From an uncultured bacterium (GTDB lineage Bacteria > Patescibacteriota > Microgenomatia > Levybacterales > UBA12049), in the NCBI GenBank assembly GCA_963826535.1, contig CAWGXL010000002.1, positions 30,503-94,502 on the forward strand: a DNA stretch of 64,000 nucleotides, given 5' to 3'. This document shows, piece after piece, positions 18,234-28,164 of the stretch; position 1 is the stretch's first letter, and each line of letters starts with the position of its first letter. A program made the position numbers and the translations under genes. The notes under the pieces were generated by a model. That model did not search any database and had not been told where the DNA came from. It saw nothing but the letters and a program-made list of their open reading frames with translations.

Positions 18234-19535
18234 ATGGTAAAAAAGTCAGTCCTCATCATCGGCAACCTAGCCCGCGAACATGCCCTGGGTTGGAAACTTA
18301 AACAATCTGCCAAAGTAGGAAAAATTTATTTTGCTCCCGGAAATGTGGGCACTGGTCTAATTGGTGAGAATACAGGAATTGATGCCCTTGATATTAAGTC
18401 ATTAGTAAAATTTGCTAAAACGCATAATATTTATTTGACCGTTGCCGGCCCTGACGCATCGCTTGCTGCCGGAGTAGTTGACGAGTTTAAAAAAGCTAAA
18501 ATGAAAATTTTCGGACCCACTAAGAATGCGGCACAAATTGAATCATCAAAAGCCTTTTCGAAACAGTTGATGAAAGAAGAAAATATCCCGACAGCAGTTT
18601 TTAAAAAATTTACCGATCCCTCAAAAGCCAACAAATATGTCAAAACACTAAGCTTGCCGATTGTCATAAAAGCCAGTGGATTGGCATCGGGTAAAGGAGT
18701 AATTATCGCAAAAACCTTAGACGTAGCGCAAAGATTAATTGATGATATTTTAATTAAGAAAATCTTCGGAGAATCAGGCAATGAAATAATCATTGAAGAA
18801 TTTTTAGAAGGCCATGAAATTTCCATCCACGCTTTTTGTGACGGAAAAACCGTTTCAGTATTTCCTGTAAGTAAAGATCACAAGTCTATTTTTGAAAACA
18901 ACCTCGGGCCAAACACCGGCGGCATGGGAACGATTGCACCTGTGCCGGGTTTAAATAAATCTTTTTTGAAAGAAGTAAATCAAACAATTGTTCAACCGGC
19001 TCTCAATGGCATGAAGAAAAAAGGAATTACCTTTACCGGTTGTTTATATCCGGGATTAATTTTAACCAAACAAGGACCAAAAGTACTCGAATTTAATTCC
19101 CGTTTTGGCGACCCGGAAATGGAATCTTACATGAGGATTTTAGAGACCGATATTTTTGATATTTTAGAAGCATGTGTCAACAGTACACTTTCTCAACTGA
19201 ATATCAAATGGAAAAAACAATTCGCATGTTGTATAGTCCTTGCATCCGCTGGTTATCCAGGAACAGTAAAGACAGGAGAAATTATACATGGCCTTAAACT
19301 TACTCCTCCCTTGATAAAGGGAGGTCGGGAGGGATTTAATAATGACGTTGCAGTATTCCATTTCGGAACCAAAATTGAAAATGGGAACTTAGTCACAAAT
19401 GGCGGCAGGGTCCTCGGCATAACAGCAATCGGAAATACTTTGGATCAGGCTTTAGATAAAGCATATGCTATGATTGGAGAAAAAGGAATCCATTTTTCGG
19501 GAATGCAATATAGACGGGATATTGGAAGATCATGA
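18234..19535 (+). CDS. purD: phosphoribosylamine-glycine ligase
   Basis: REHAL, APGN, ESSKAFSK, VIKASGLASGKGV, DHK...GPNTGGMG, EFNSRFGDPE, GGRVL, YRRDIG. Start set at ATG 18234. Confidence 0.96.
   Translation: MVKKSVLIIGNLAREHALGWKLKQSAKVGKIYFAPGNVGTGLIGENTGIDALDIKSLVKFAKTHNIYLTVAGPDASLAAGVVDEFKKAKMKIFGPTKNAAQIESSKAFSKQLMKEENIPTAVFKKFTDPSKANKYVKTLSLPIVIKASGLASGKGVIIAKTLDVAQRLIDDILIKKIFGESGNEIIIEEFLEGHEISIHAFCDGKTVSVFPVSKDHKSIFENNLGPNTGGMGTIAPVPGLNKSFLKEVNQTIVQPALNGMKKKGITFTGCLYPGLILTKQGPKVLEFNSRFGDPEMESYMRILETDIFDILEACVNSTLSQLNIKWKKQFACCIVLASAGYPGTVKTGEIIHGLKLTPPLIKGGREGFNNDVAVFHFGTKIENGNLVTNGGRVLGITAIGNTLDQALDKAYAMIGEKGIHFSGMQYRRDIGRS
19303..19337 (+). repeat. palindromic element inserted in frame in purD
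   Basis: CCTCCCTT-GATA-AAGGGAGG perfect 8-bp hairpin plus TCGGGAGGGATTT, encoding TPPLIKGGREGF. Confidence 0.75.
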
Positions 19536-22534
19536 AAAACCAAACAGCAAGAATAGAAATATTTTCAAAAGTATTTGATACGCGGGCTGTGACATCAAAG
19601 AACCGATTGATAAAACTGAGTTTAGTAACTGGAGATATTGATCTGTGGATTTCCGATGTCTATACGATTGATAAAACTTTTACCTCACCCCAACTTCAGA
19701 GGATTGCATCAATGCTCGCAAACCCTGTAATCCAAGACACAGTCATCCGTAAACAATTTGAAACTAAAACGTTTGACAATACTAAGCCATTTTCTTTCGC
19801 AATCGAGATCGGATTTCTTCCCGGTGTTACCGATAATGTAGCTAATACTGCGCGGGAAGGGATTGAAGATTTATTAAAAACAAAATTTAGTGAACAAGAA
19901 GGCGTTTATTCTTCACAACTATTTTTTCTGAAAGGAAAAATAACAGAACATGAAGCTTTAAAAATCGCCGAGAGTCTTTACAACCCACTTATCCAACGGG
20001 TTCATCTGAAAGACTTTAAAACATTTAAGAAAGATGGCGGTATGGAATTTATAGTGCCCCGCGTTATTATTACGCAAACCCCAAGTGTGACACAGGTTAA
20101 TCTTAAAGTTTCCGATAAAGAACTCCAGACAATCGGCAAATCAGGTATTGCCAACCCTGATGGAACTCGTCGCGGGCCGCTCGCCTTGAATTTGGCTTAT
20201 ATGAAAACCATACAAGCATTTTTTAAAAAGCTGGGAAGAAAACCAAACGATATAGAACTTGAATCCATTGCGCAGACCTGGTCTGAGCATTGTAAGCATA
20301 CGATTTTTGCCGATCCGATTGATGAACTCAAAGAGGGAATATTTAAAACATATATCAAAGGCGCAACCGAAAAGATTAGGAAGAAAAAGGGCAAGAGTGA
20401 TTTTTGCGTTTCCGTCTTTACCGATAATTCCGGAGCGATTGTTTTTGACGAAAAATATTTGGTAACACATAAAGTTGAAACACATAACAGTCCGTCAGCT
20501 CTTGATCCATTTGGTGGAGCAATTACAGGAATTGTTGGCGTAAACCGGGATACCATCGGATTTGGATTAGGAGCAAAGCCGGTTGCCAATTTTTATGGAT
20601 TTTGTTTTGCAGACCCCCGATTGGATATACCATTATATAAGGGAAAAAATAAAACGCAGAGAATGCTATCTAGTCAGCGTATTATGGATGGGGTTATCGC
20701 GGGCGTAAACAGCGGAGGCAACCAATCCGGAATTCCAACACCGCAGGGCTTCGTATATTTCAATGAGCGATTCCGGGGAAAACCACTCGTCATTGTAGGA
20801 ACAGTAGGGCTCATTCCCAGAAAAATAAAATCAAAATTTTCGCATGTAAAGAAGGCAAAACCCGGAGATTATATCGTCATGGTAGGTGGACGTGTTGGAA
20901 AAGACGGTGTTCATGGCGCGACATTCTCCTCAGAGGCTTTGGATTCCGGCAGTCCGGCAACATCTGTGCAGCTCGGTGATCCCATCACTCAAAAGAAATT
21001 AAGCGATGCAATAGTAAAAGAAGCGCGGGATATTCTTGCTTTTAACAGTATTACCGATAATGGCGCCGGCGGACTTTCCTGTTCGGTTGCAGAAATGGCC
21101 AAAGAGTCAGGCGGATGTCTGGTCGAACTTGAGAAAGTACCATTGAAATATCCTCATCTCGATCCATGGGAAATATGGGTTTCCGAGTCACAGGAACGAA
21201 TGACACTTGCAGTACCGAAAAAGAATTGGAAGAAGTTTTTTGATTTGATGAAAAGGCGGGGGGTTGAGGCAACAGTTATCGGAGAATTTACAGATAGCGG
21301 AAAGTGTATTGTAAAATTTAACTCAAAAACAATTATGAATATGGATTTGAACTTTTTGCATTACGGATTACCCAAGAGACCAATGAAAACGAACAAACCA
21401 CAAATCACGAATCACGAATCACGAATACCGGAAAATAAAGATTTAAATAAATCATTGCTACAAATGCTTTCAAGATTAAATATTGCGAGTTTCGAATTCA
21501 TCTCCCAACAATATGATCATATCGTGCAAGGCAATGCTGTACTTGGACCATTGCAAGGATGGGGAAAGGTTAATGGGGACACATCGGTAATAAGACCTGT
21601 TCTTTCATCTCAAAAAGGAGTGATTTTGTCTCAAGCTTTGTACCCAACATATAGCGAAATTGATCCGTATCGTATGGCAGGGGCGAATATTGATACGGCA
21701 ATTCGAAATGCAGTAGCAGCCGGCGCAAATCCTGACTATTTGTCACTTCTTGATAATTTTTGTTGGTGCAGCGCAAACGAGCCCGAGCGGCTTTATCAGT
21801 TAAAACTAGCAGCAAAAGCATGTTTCGATTTTGCCGTTGAGTATGGAACCCCATTCATTTCCGGCAAAGATAGCATGTTCAATGATTTTAATGGATTTGA
21901 TAAAGATGGTAAACCCATAAAAATTTCTGTCCTACCTACACTTCTTATTTCCTCATTCGGAGTTATTAATGACATAACCAAAGTTGTCTCACTGGATGCA
22001 AAATTGCCGGGAGATTTAGTCTATATTTTAGGCGAATCTTTTGATGAATTAGGCGGCTCTGAATATTTAGCAATGTTGAGTGAACGAGATAGAAAACAAT
22101 ATTTTAGTAAAAATATACCAAATGTTAATGCGCCGCGAAATAGGAAATTATATTCCGCATTGTATACCACAATCCAAAAGAATTTGGTTGCATCAAGCAT
22201 TAGTATAAGACATGGAGGATTGGGAGTAGCGCTGGCAAAAAAAGCGCTTGGCGGAATGCTCGGAATTACTGTTGATCTAAAACTAATTCCAGGAAACGTA
22301 AAGCGCGATGATAGTGTGTTGTATTCGGAAAGCCAAGGACGAATACTAGTTACTGTTGCGCCGGAAAATAAAACAGCATTTGAAAAGATATTTCGAGGGA
22401 ATTCATACTCGCTTGCTGGGAGGGTTACGAAAGAACCAAATATAATGATAAAAGGATTACAAGGAAATGAAATAATAAACCTTAGTTTAGCAAAAACATT
22501 GGAAGCATACAGAGAAACATTTAAAAATTTTTAA
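19532..22534 (+). CDS. purL: FGAM synthase PurL with fused N-terminal PurS-like domains
   Basis: QTWSEHCKH, KVETHNSPS..DPFGGA.TG, GRDG-like GKDGVHGA, DNGAGG, SESQERM, ISGKDSM. The N-terminal ~180 aa carry two NP(V/L)IQ motifs and PGVTDN. Confidence 0.95.
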   Translation: MKNQTARIEIFSKVFDTRAVTSKNRLIKLSLVTGDIDLWISDVYTIDKTFTSPQLQRIASMLANPVIQDTVIRKQFETKTFDNTKPFSFAIEIGFLPGVTDNVANTAREGIEDLLKTKFSEQEGVYSSQLFFLKGKITEHEALKIAESLYNPLIQRVHLKDFKTFKKDGGMEFIVPRVIITQTPSVTQVNLKVSDKELQTIGKSGIANPDGTRRGPLALNLAYMKTIQAFFKKLGRKPNDIELESIAQTWSEHCKHTIFADPIDELKEGIFKTYIKGATEKIRKKKGKSDFCVSVFTDNSGAIVFDEKYLVTHKVETHNSPSALDPFGGAITGIVGVNRDTIGFGLGAKPVANFYGFCFADPRLDIPLYKGKNKTQRMLSSQRIMDGVIAGVNSGGNQSGIPTPQGFVYFNERFRGKPLVIVGTVGLIPRKIKSKFSHVKKAKPGDYIVMVGGRVGKDGVHGATFSSEALDSGSPATSVQLGDPITQKKLSDAIVKEARDILAFNSITDNGAGGLSCSVAEMAKESGGCLVELEKVPLKYPHLDPWEIWVSESQERMTLAVPKKNWKKFFDLMKRRGVEATVIGEFTDSGKCIVKFNSKTIMNMDLNFLHYGLPKRPMKTNKPQITNHESRIPENKDLNKSLLQMLSRLNIASFEFISQQYDHIVQGNAVLGPLQGWGKVNGDTSVIRPVLSSQKGVILSQALYPTYSEIDPYRMAGANIDTAIRNAVAAGANPDYLSLLDNFCWCSANEPERLYQLKLAAKACFDFAVEYGTPFISGKDSMFNDFNGFDKDGKPIKISVLPTLLISSFGVINDITKVVSLDAKLPGDLVYILGESFDELGGSEYLAMLSERDRKQYFSKNIPNVNAPRNRKLYSALYTTIQKNLVASSISIRHGGLGVALAKKALGGMLGITVDLKLIPGNVKRDDSVLYSESQGRILVTVAPENKTAFEKIFRGNSYSLAGRVTKEPNIMIKGLQGNEIINLSLAKTLEAYRETFKNF
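21396..21430 (+). repeat. heptamer tandem repeat inside purL
   Basis: AACCACA-(AATCACG)x3-AATACCG, encoding PQITNHESRIP. Confidence 0.8.
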
Positions 22535-22548
22535 TTGAAAATTATTTT

Positions 22549-23346
22549 ATGAAACCGAAAGTACTTGTTTTTTCAGGATACGGATTAAATTCAGAAGAAG
22601 AAACCTCTTATGGATTTGAATTGGCTGGAGCAATTGGAGATATTGTGCATGTTAATGATTTAGCTGATCGTTTATATGACCTTAATAATTATCAAATCTT
22701 AGCTTTTCCAGGTGGTTTTTCTTATGGCGATGACACAGGAGCCGGCAACGCTTATGCAAATAAACTTAGAAATCATTTGTGGGAAAAAGTTGAAAAATTT
22801 ATAAGTCAGGATAAATTGGTTATTGGAATTTGTAATGGCTGCCAAATTATTACCAATCTTGGAATTGTTCCCGCATTTTATAAAAGCTATGGAAAGCGAC
22901 AGGTCGCGCTTCTTCATAATGACTCCGCCCGCTTAGTTACACGCTGGACTGATATGAAAGTCGCGACAAAATCCCCTTGGCTTGAAGGAATAGAAATACT
23001 CTCACTCCCAATTGCACATGGAGAGGGAAAATTCTTTGCAGACAAAGAAAGCCTTAAACAGTTACATAATAAAAAACAAATAGCGCTACAATATATTCAC
23101 GGACCAATAAGTACATATCTCGATGTACCGGCTAATCCGAATGGATCGGTAGATGATATCGCAGGCATTATTGATGAAACTGGCCGTATTTTGGGACTTA
23201 TGCCACATCCCGAACGGGGGATGTTTTTCGTCCAGCGCCCGGATAGCGGTCTACTTAAAGAAAAATACAGACGGGAGAAAAAAGCGCTGCCTGAATTTTC
23301 GGATGGATTACAAATATTTAAAAATGCTGTAAACTATTTTAAATAG
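22549..23346 (+). CDS. purQ: FGAM synthase glutaminase subunit
   Basis: PGGFSYGD, GICNGCQI, PIAHGEG, NPNGS, GLMPHPER. Confidence 0.96.
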   Translation: MKPKVLVFSGYGLNSEEETSYGFELAGAIGDIVHVNDLADRLYDLNNYQILAFPGGFSYGDDTGAGNAYANKLRNHLWEKVEKFISQDKLVIGICNGCQIITNLGIVPAFYKSYGKRQVALLHNDSARLVTRWTDMKVATKSPWLEGIEILSLPIAHGEGKFFADKESLKQLHNKKQIALQYIHGPISTYLDVPANPNGSVDDIAGIIDETGRILGLMPHPERGMFFVQRPDSGLLKEKYRREKKALPEFSDGLQIFKNAVNYFK

Positions 23347-23352
23347 TACTGT

Positions 23353-23381
23353 TTGCAATATTGAGCTTATAGTGATATAAT
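23353..23381 (+). promoter_or_regulatory. internal leaderless promoter for the purP pair
   Basis: TTGCAA-17 nt-TATAAT with an extended TG, ending 5 nt before ATG 23387. Confidence 0.65.
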
Positions 23382-23386
23382 AATTT

Positions 23387-24400
23387 ATGGAGGCTAAAAA
23401 AGTAATCATTGGTACCCTTGGAAGCCATACAGCGCTGCAGATCCTCAAAGGCGCCAAAGATGAAGGCTTCTCCACGCTTCTAATAACTGTTCCCAAGCAT
23501 AAAGCTTTTTACTCAACATTTCCTTTTGTCGATAAGACTATTGTTATTCCTACTTTTGCAGATTTTCCATCAATAGAAAAAGAATTAATCAAAAAACAGG
23601 TAATCCTCATACCGCATGGTTCGTACGTGGCATATCTAGGATTTGAGAAAAATAAAAATATGCATGTCCCTTATTTCGGCAATAAAGACGTGTTGGATTG
23701 GGAGGAAAATAGAGACAAGCAACGTATGTGGTTGCTTTCAGCAGGCATTACTATGCCTGGACAATTTGACTTAAACGATAAAATTTTATATCCGGTTATT
23801 GTTAAGTCATTTGGAGCAGCAGGAGGAAGCGGATATTTTATGGCTAAGGATAAACCCGATTTAAAAAGCAAATTGGAAGATTTTGGACAAAAAAAATATA
23901 TTATACAGCAGTACATCGTTGGCGTTCCTCTTTACGTACACTATTTTTATTCTCCTTTGAGTGATAAGCTTGAAATAATGAGCATGGATAGAAGATATGA
24001 GACCAATGTGGATGCACTTGGCAGAGTTCCGTTTGGGATTCAAAAAGATATTGCATTAAATCCGTCTTTTGTCGTTGTCGGTAATAGCGAACTGGTGCTT
24101 CGGGAGGGAATGCTGTCAACAGCATATGATATGGGCCGAAAAGTAATTGACACCTCAAGAAAACTAATTGGCAAACGCGGAATTTTCGGCCCTTTTTGTT
24201 TGGAAACTATTATTACCCCTGACCGTAAATTTTCTGTAATTGAAATTTCCTGCAGAATAGTTGCAGGGACGAATCTATTTATTAACGGCTCCTCTTATTC
24301 TTGGTTATATTACAATGAGCCGATGAGTACTGGAAGAAGAATCGCAAGAGAAATTAAAAATGCTATTAAAGATTCTAAATTAGAATTATTGTTAGATTAA
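23387..24400 (+). CDS. purP: formate-dependent FAICAR synthetase (archaeal-type PurP, ATP-grasp)
   Basis: TLGSHTALQILKGAKDEGF, IPHGSYVAY, GAAGGSGYF, DRRYETNVD, VVVGN..LVLRE, GPFCLE, EISCRIVAGTN. Confidence 0.9.
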   Translation: MEAKKVIIGTLGSHTALQILKGAKDEGFSTLLITVPKHKAFYSTFPFVDKTIVIPTFADFPSIEKELIKKQVILIPHGSYVAYLGFEKNKNMHVPYFGNKDVLDWEENRDKQRMWLLSAGITMPGQFDLNDKILYPVIVKSFGAAGGSGYFMAKDKPDLKSKLEDFGQKKYIIQQYIVGVPLYVHYFYSPLSDKLEIMSMDRRYETNVDALGRVPFGIQKDIALNPSFVVVGNSELVLREGMLSTAYDMGRKVIDTSRKLIGKRGIFGPFCLETIITPDRKFSVIEISCRIVAGTNLFINGSSYSWLYYNEPMSTGRRIAREIKNAIKDSKLELLLD

Positions 24401-24404
24401 CTTT

Positions 24405-25511
24405 ATGAAAAATTCTATATCAAAAAAAGATATAACAATAGCGACTCTTGGCAGTCATTCCGCTTTGGATGTGAGTAGGGGAGCCAAGGACGAAGGATTT
24501 CGTACAGTTGTCGTAGCTCAAAAAGGAAGAGAAAAAACCTACAGTCATTACTTTAAGACTTCTGGGAATACTGGTTGCGTAGACGAATGCATTGTTCTTG
24601 ATAAATTTTCAGACATTATGAATCAAGATATACAAAAACAACTTATTGACCGAAATGCAATTTTTGTCCCCAATCGTTCATTTGAAGTATATATAAATGA
24701 TTATAATGCAATAGAAAACAAATTTAATGTCCCAATGTTTGGAAATAAAAAATTGCTCAGAATTGAAGAAAGAGGTTTCAAGCCTAATCAATATGACTTG
24801 CTGGATTCTGCAAAAATTAATTACCCGAAACAGTTTAAAGATGCTATGGATATAGATCGCTTATGCATAGTTAAAGTTCTGGAAAAAGAACGAGGATTCG
24901 AAAGAGCATTCTTTCTTGCGAATAGTTATAAGGAGTATAAAAAGAAAGCTCAAAACAGAATCAAAAAGGGAGAGACTACTGAAGAATTGTTAAAAAAAGC
25001 CGTCATTGAGGAATTCGTTCCAGGTGTTCATGTTAACTTTAATTATTTCTATAGCCCACTTACTAAAACATTAGAACTACTTGGAACTGATACAAGAAGA
25101 CAAACTAATCATGAAGGAATTTACAAACTTTCTCCTGAGTATCAACAACAATACCAGAAGTTAGGCGGACGTATTAAATATGAAGAAGCAGGTCATACCG
25201 CTGTAACAGTACTTGAATCCATGCTTGAACAAGCCTTTGAAATGGGTGAGCGATTTGTTAAAGCAAGTAAAAAATTCGCTTCTCCAGGAATTATTGGACC
25301 GTTTGCATTGCAATCGATTATTATTCCCGGTCCACCAAAGAAAGATATTGTTGTTATTGACGTTTCTCCACGCATGCCTGGCTCTCCCGGTATCGCCGCA
25401 ACTCCATATAGTAAATATTTATTTGGAGAATCCATAAGCGTTGGTAGAAGAGTTGCCATGGAGATAAAAGAAGCTATAAAATTAAATAGACTAGAAGAAA
25501 TTGTAACTTAG
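24405..25511 (+). CDS. second PurP-like ATP-grasp protein (DUF1246/DUF1297, different subfamily)
   Basis: TLGSHSALDVSRGAKDEGF, VPNRSF, FERAFF, DTRRQTN, GHTAVTVLES, GPFALQ, DVSPRMPGSPG. Confidence 0.88.
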   Translation: MKNSISKKDITIATLGSHSALDVSRGAKDEGFRTVVVAQKGREKTYSHYFKTSGNTGCVDECIVLDKFSDIMNQDIQKQLIDRNAIFVPNRSFEVYINDYNAIENKFNVPMFGNKKLLRIEERGFKPNQYDLLDSAKINYPKQFKDAMDIDRLCIVKVLEKERGFERAFFLANSYKEYKKKAQNRIKKGETTEELLKKAVIEEFVPGVHVNFNYFYSPLTKTLELLGTDTRRQTNHEGIYKLSPEYQQQYQKLGGRIKYEEAGHTAVTVLESMLEQAFEMGERFVKASKKFASPGIIGPFALQSIIIPGPPKKDIVVIDVSPRMPGSPGIAATPYSKYLFGESISVGRRVAMEIKEAIKLNRLEEIVT

Positions 25512-25520
25512 TTATTTATT

Positions 25521-26924
25521 ATGTCAAAACTTGATTTTTCAAATTATCTTTCACCATTCACCTGGCGTTACGGCTCTGAAGAAATGCGTCATATTTTTAG
25601 CGAAGAAAATAAATATAAAATCTGGCGAAAAATCTGGGTGGCTTTGGCAAGAGCAGAACATAAAGCTGGACTCTTATCCAAAGAGGAACTTGAAGATTTG
25701 GAAAAACATCAAGAAGATATTGATATTCAATCTATTCTTGAAAATGAAAAGGAAACCAAACACGATGTTGTGGCGGCAATACATGAATTTGCATATAAAG
25801 CAAAAACCGGCGGGGGGAAAATACACCTCGGAGCAACAAGCATGGATATAGTTGACAATACAGATGCTGTCCGGATAAAAGAAGCACTGGAATTAATTGA
25901 ACAAAAACTAAAGAAACTTCTCTCGCTTTTTAGTCAGAAAATTGAACAATATGCCTCGTTTCCTTGTATGGGATACACCCATCTGCAGCCAGCTGAGCCG
26001 ACCACTGTTGGATATCGGCTGAGTTTCTATGCTCAAGACTTATTAACTGACTTTCATTATTTACAATTCGTAAAAAATCAAATTAAGGGAAAAGGCATGA
26101 AAGGCGCGGTGGGTACTGCCGCAGCATATTCATCAGTGCTTGATGGGACAAGCGTTACCCCGGAAAATTTAGAGAAAGAAATTATGGAAGAATTGGGAAT
26201 TGATGCTGCACTTGTCTCTACACAAGTTTATCCAAGAAAATATGATTACCTTACGTTATCAGTATTGAGTAGTATTTCATCGAGTCTCGCAAAATTTGCC
26301 GGGGATATTCGAATCTTACAATCGCCCTCAATTGGAGAATGGTCAGAGCCTTTTGGAAAACAGCAAGTTGGATCATCAGCCATGCCATTTAAGAAAAACC
26401 CAATCAATTCGGAAAAAATTTGTTCACTCGCACGATTTATTGCAGCACTACCAAATGTGGCGTTAGAAAACGCAACTCTCTCTTATTTTGAGCGGACCCT
26501 GGATGACTCGGCGAATAAAAGAATTATAATCCCAGAAGCATTTTTAGCAGTTGATGAAATACTTAAGACATCTGAGAAACTTATTGATGGGTTGAGTTTA
26601 AATGAGAAAAAAATCGCATTTAACCTTTCACAATACGCGTCTTTCACAGCAACTGAAGGAATTTTAGTAGAAGCAGTTAAGAATGGAGCAAACAGACAAG
26701 AAATGCATGAGTTGCTTAGAACTATTTCATTAAAAGCATGGCAAGATGTGCAAGAAGGTAATGCAAATCCAATGATAAAGTTGCTAACTGAAAATATAAA
26801 AATTAAAAAATATGTGCCGGAAGAAAAAATACGTGGCCTATTGGATGTTAGCCAACATATTGGCAATGCACCCGATCGCGCAAAGCAATTAGTTAATAAA
26901 ATAAAACAAGAAGTACGCTTATGA
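25521..26924 (+). CDS. purB: adenylosuccinate lyase
   Basis: YLSPFTWRYGS, HDVVA, IHLGATS, GYTHLQPA, GSSAMPFKKNP, ERTLDDSA. Confidence 0.97.
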   Translation: MSKLDFSNYLSPFTWRYGSEEMRHIFSEENKYKIWRKIWVALARAEHKAGLLSKEELEDLEKHQEDIDIQSILENEKETKHDVVAAIHEFAYKAKTGGGKIHLGATSMDIVDNTDAVRIKEALELIEQKLKKLLSLFSQKIEQYASFPCMGYTHLQPAEPTTVGYRLSFYAQDLLTDFHYLQFVKNQIKGKGMKGAVGTAAAYSSVLDGTSVTPENLEKEIMEELGIDAALVSTQVYPRKYDYLTLSVLSSISSSLAKFAGDIRILQSPSIGEWSEPFGKQQVGSSAMPFKKNPINSEKICSLARFIAALPNVALENATLSYFERTLDDSANKRIIIPEAFLAVDEILKTSEKLIDGLSLNEKKIAFNLSQYASFTATEGILVEAVKNGANRQEMHELLRTISLKAWQDVQEGNANPMIKLLTENIKIKKYVPEEKIRGLLDVSQHIGNAPDRAKQLVNKIKQEVRL

Positions 26925-28048
26925 AAGATAGAATCGGCATAGTTGGAGGCGGGCAACTCGGACGAATGCTTTCATTTGCGGCAAAAAGGATGGGATTTAC
27001 AGTTACAATAATTGACCCAACCCCTCACTCACCAGCAGGACAAGTTGTAGATCGGGAAATCGTTGCAGGTTATAACGACGAAAAAGCTATTAGGGAACTA
27101 GCATCAGTTTCTGATTTTATTACCTTTGATATAGAGCTGGCAAACGCAAAACTTCTTGATGAACTTTCTGAAAATGGATTACAGGTAAACCCTTCCGCAA
27201 AAACATTGACTGTCATCAAAGATAAATTATCACAAAACAAATTTTTAAAAAAAGTTGGAATACCTGTTGCTAATTTTGCTGCAGTTGAAACTATGGAAGA
27301 TATTTTGGCTGCTATAAAACAATTCGGCTATCCAATAGTACTTAAAGCCCGCTTTGATGCCTATGACGGACGCGGGAATGCATTGATCAAAACAGAAAGT
27401 GATATAGAGCAAGGATTAAATAAACTGAAGAATAGAAAGTTATACGTAGAGAAATTTGTTCCCTTTGCCAAAGAATTAGCAATTGTGGTAGCACGAAATT
27501 TACAGGGCGAAATAGCAACATATCCTGTCGTAGAAACAGTCCATAGAAATAATATTTGTCATATAGTTTCTGCGCCCGCTCCTATTGATAAAAATATTGC
27601 CGGACAAGCGAAAGATTTGGCAATTCAGACAATGCGGCATTTAGAAGGAGCAGGTGTATTTGGTATAGAAATGTTTTTAACCAAAGACGGAAAAGTATTG
27701 GTAAACGAAATTGCGCCACGTGTTCATAATTCAGGACATTTTACTATAGAAGCCTGTGTTACTTCGCAATTCGAACAGCATATTAGAGCCATAACCGGCT
27801 TACCTCTTGGCTCTACAGATTTGATTGTTCCTTTTGCAGTGATGGTAAATATTTTGGGAGATAGAAGCGGAAAAGCAGAAATAAAGGGCTTAGAAAAAGC
27901 ATTAGCTATTACTAATGTAGCAGTACATATTTATGGAAAAACTGAAACCAGACCGGAACGCAAGATGGGGCATGTGACAGCGACTGGGAAAACACTGAAT
28001 GAAGCATTTGAAAAGGCAACTAGGGCGAGAAGTTATATAACAATATAA
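26921..28048 (+). CDS. purK: N5-CAIR synthase
   Basis: GIVGGGQLGRM, YDGRGN, NEIAPRVHNSGH, SQFEQHIRA, RKMGHV. Confidence 0.97.
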   Translation: MKDRIGIVGGGQLGRMLSFAAKRMGFTVTIIDPTPHSPAGQVVDREIVAGYNDEKAIRELASVSDFITFDIELANAKLLDELSENGLQVNPSAKTLTVIKDKLSQNKFLKKVGIPVANFAAVETMEDILAAIKQFGYPIVLKARFDAYDGRGNALIKTESDIEQGLNKLKNRKLYVEKFVPFAKELAIVVARNLQGEIATYPVVETVHRNNICHIVSAPAPIDKNIAGQAKDLAIQTMRHLEGAGVFGIEMFLTKDGKVLVNEIAPRVHNSGHFTIEACVTSQFEQHIRAITGLPLGSTDLIVPFAVMVNILGDRSGKAEIKGLEKALAITNVAVHIYGKTETRPERKMGHVTATGKTLNEAFEKATRARSYITI

Positions 28049-28056
28049 AAAAAACG

Positions 28057-28121
28057 TTTTGGATTTTAGATTTTGGTCATTTGACATTGTTTCGGATTTG
28101 GCGCTTTGGTATTAGAATTTT
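28057..28121. repeat. degenerate heptamer-periodic (TTTGGAT-like) element between purK and purE
   Basis: TTTTGGATTTTAGATTTTGGTCATTTGACATTGTTTCGGATTTGGCGCTTTGGTATTAGAATTT; aligns with both arms of the element at 52685-52805. Confidence 0.65.
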
Positions 28122-28164
28122 AATTGATTTATAGAAATGTTATACTTTTAGTAGTTTTAATATT

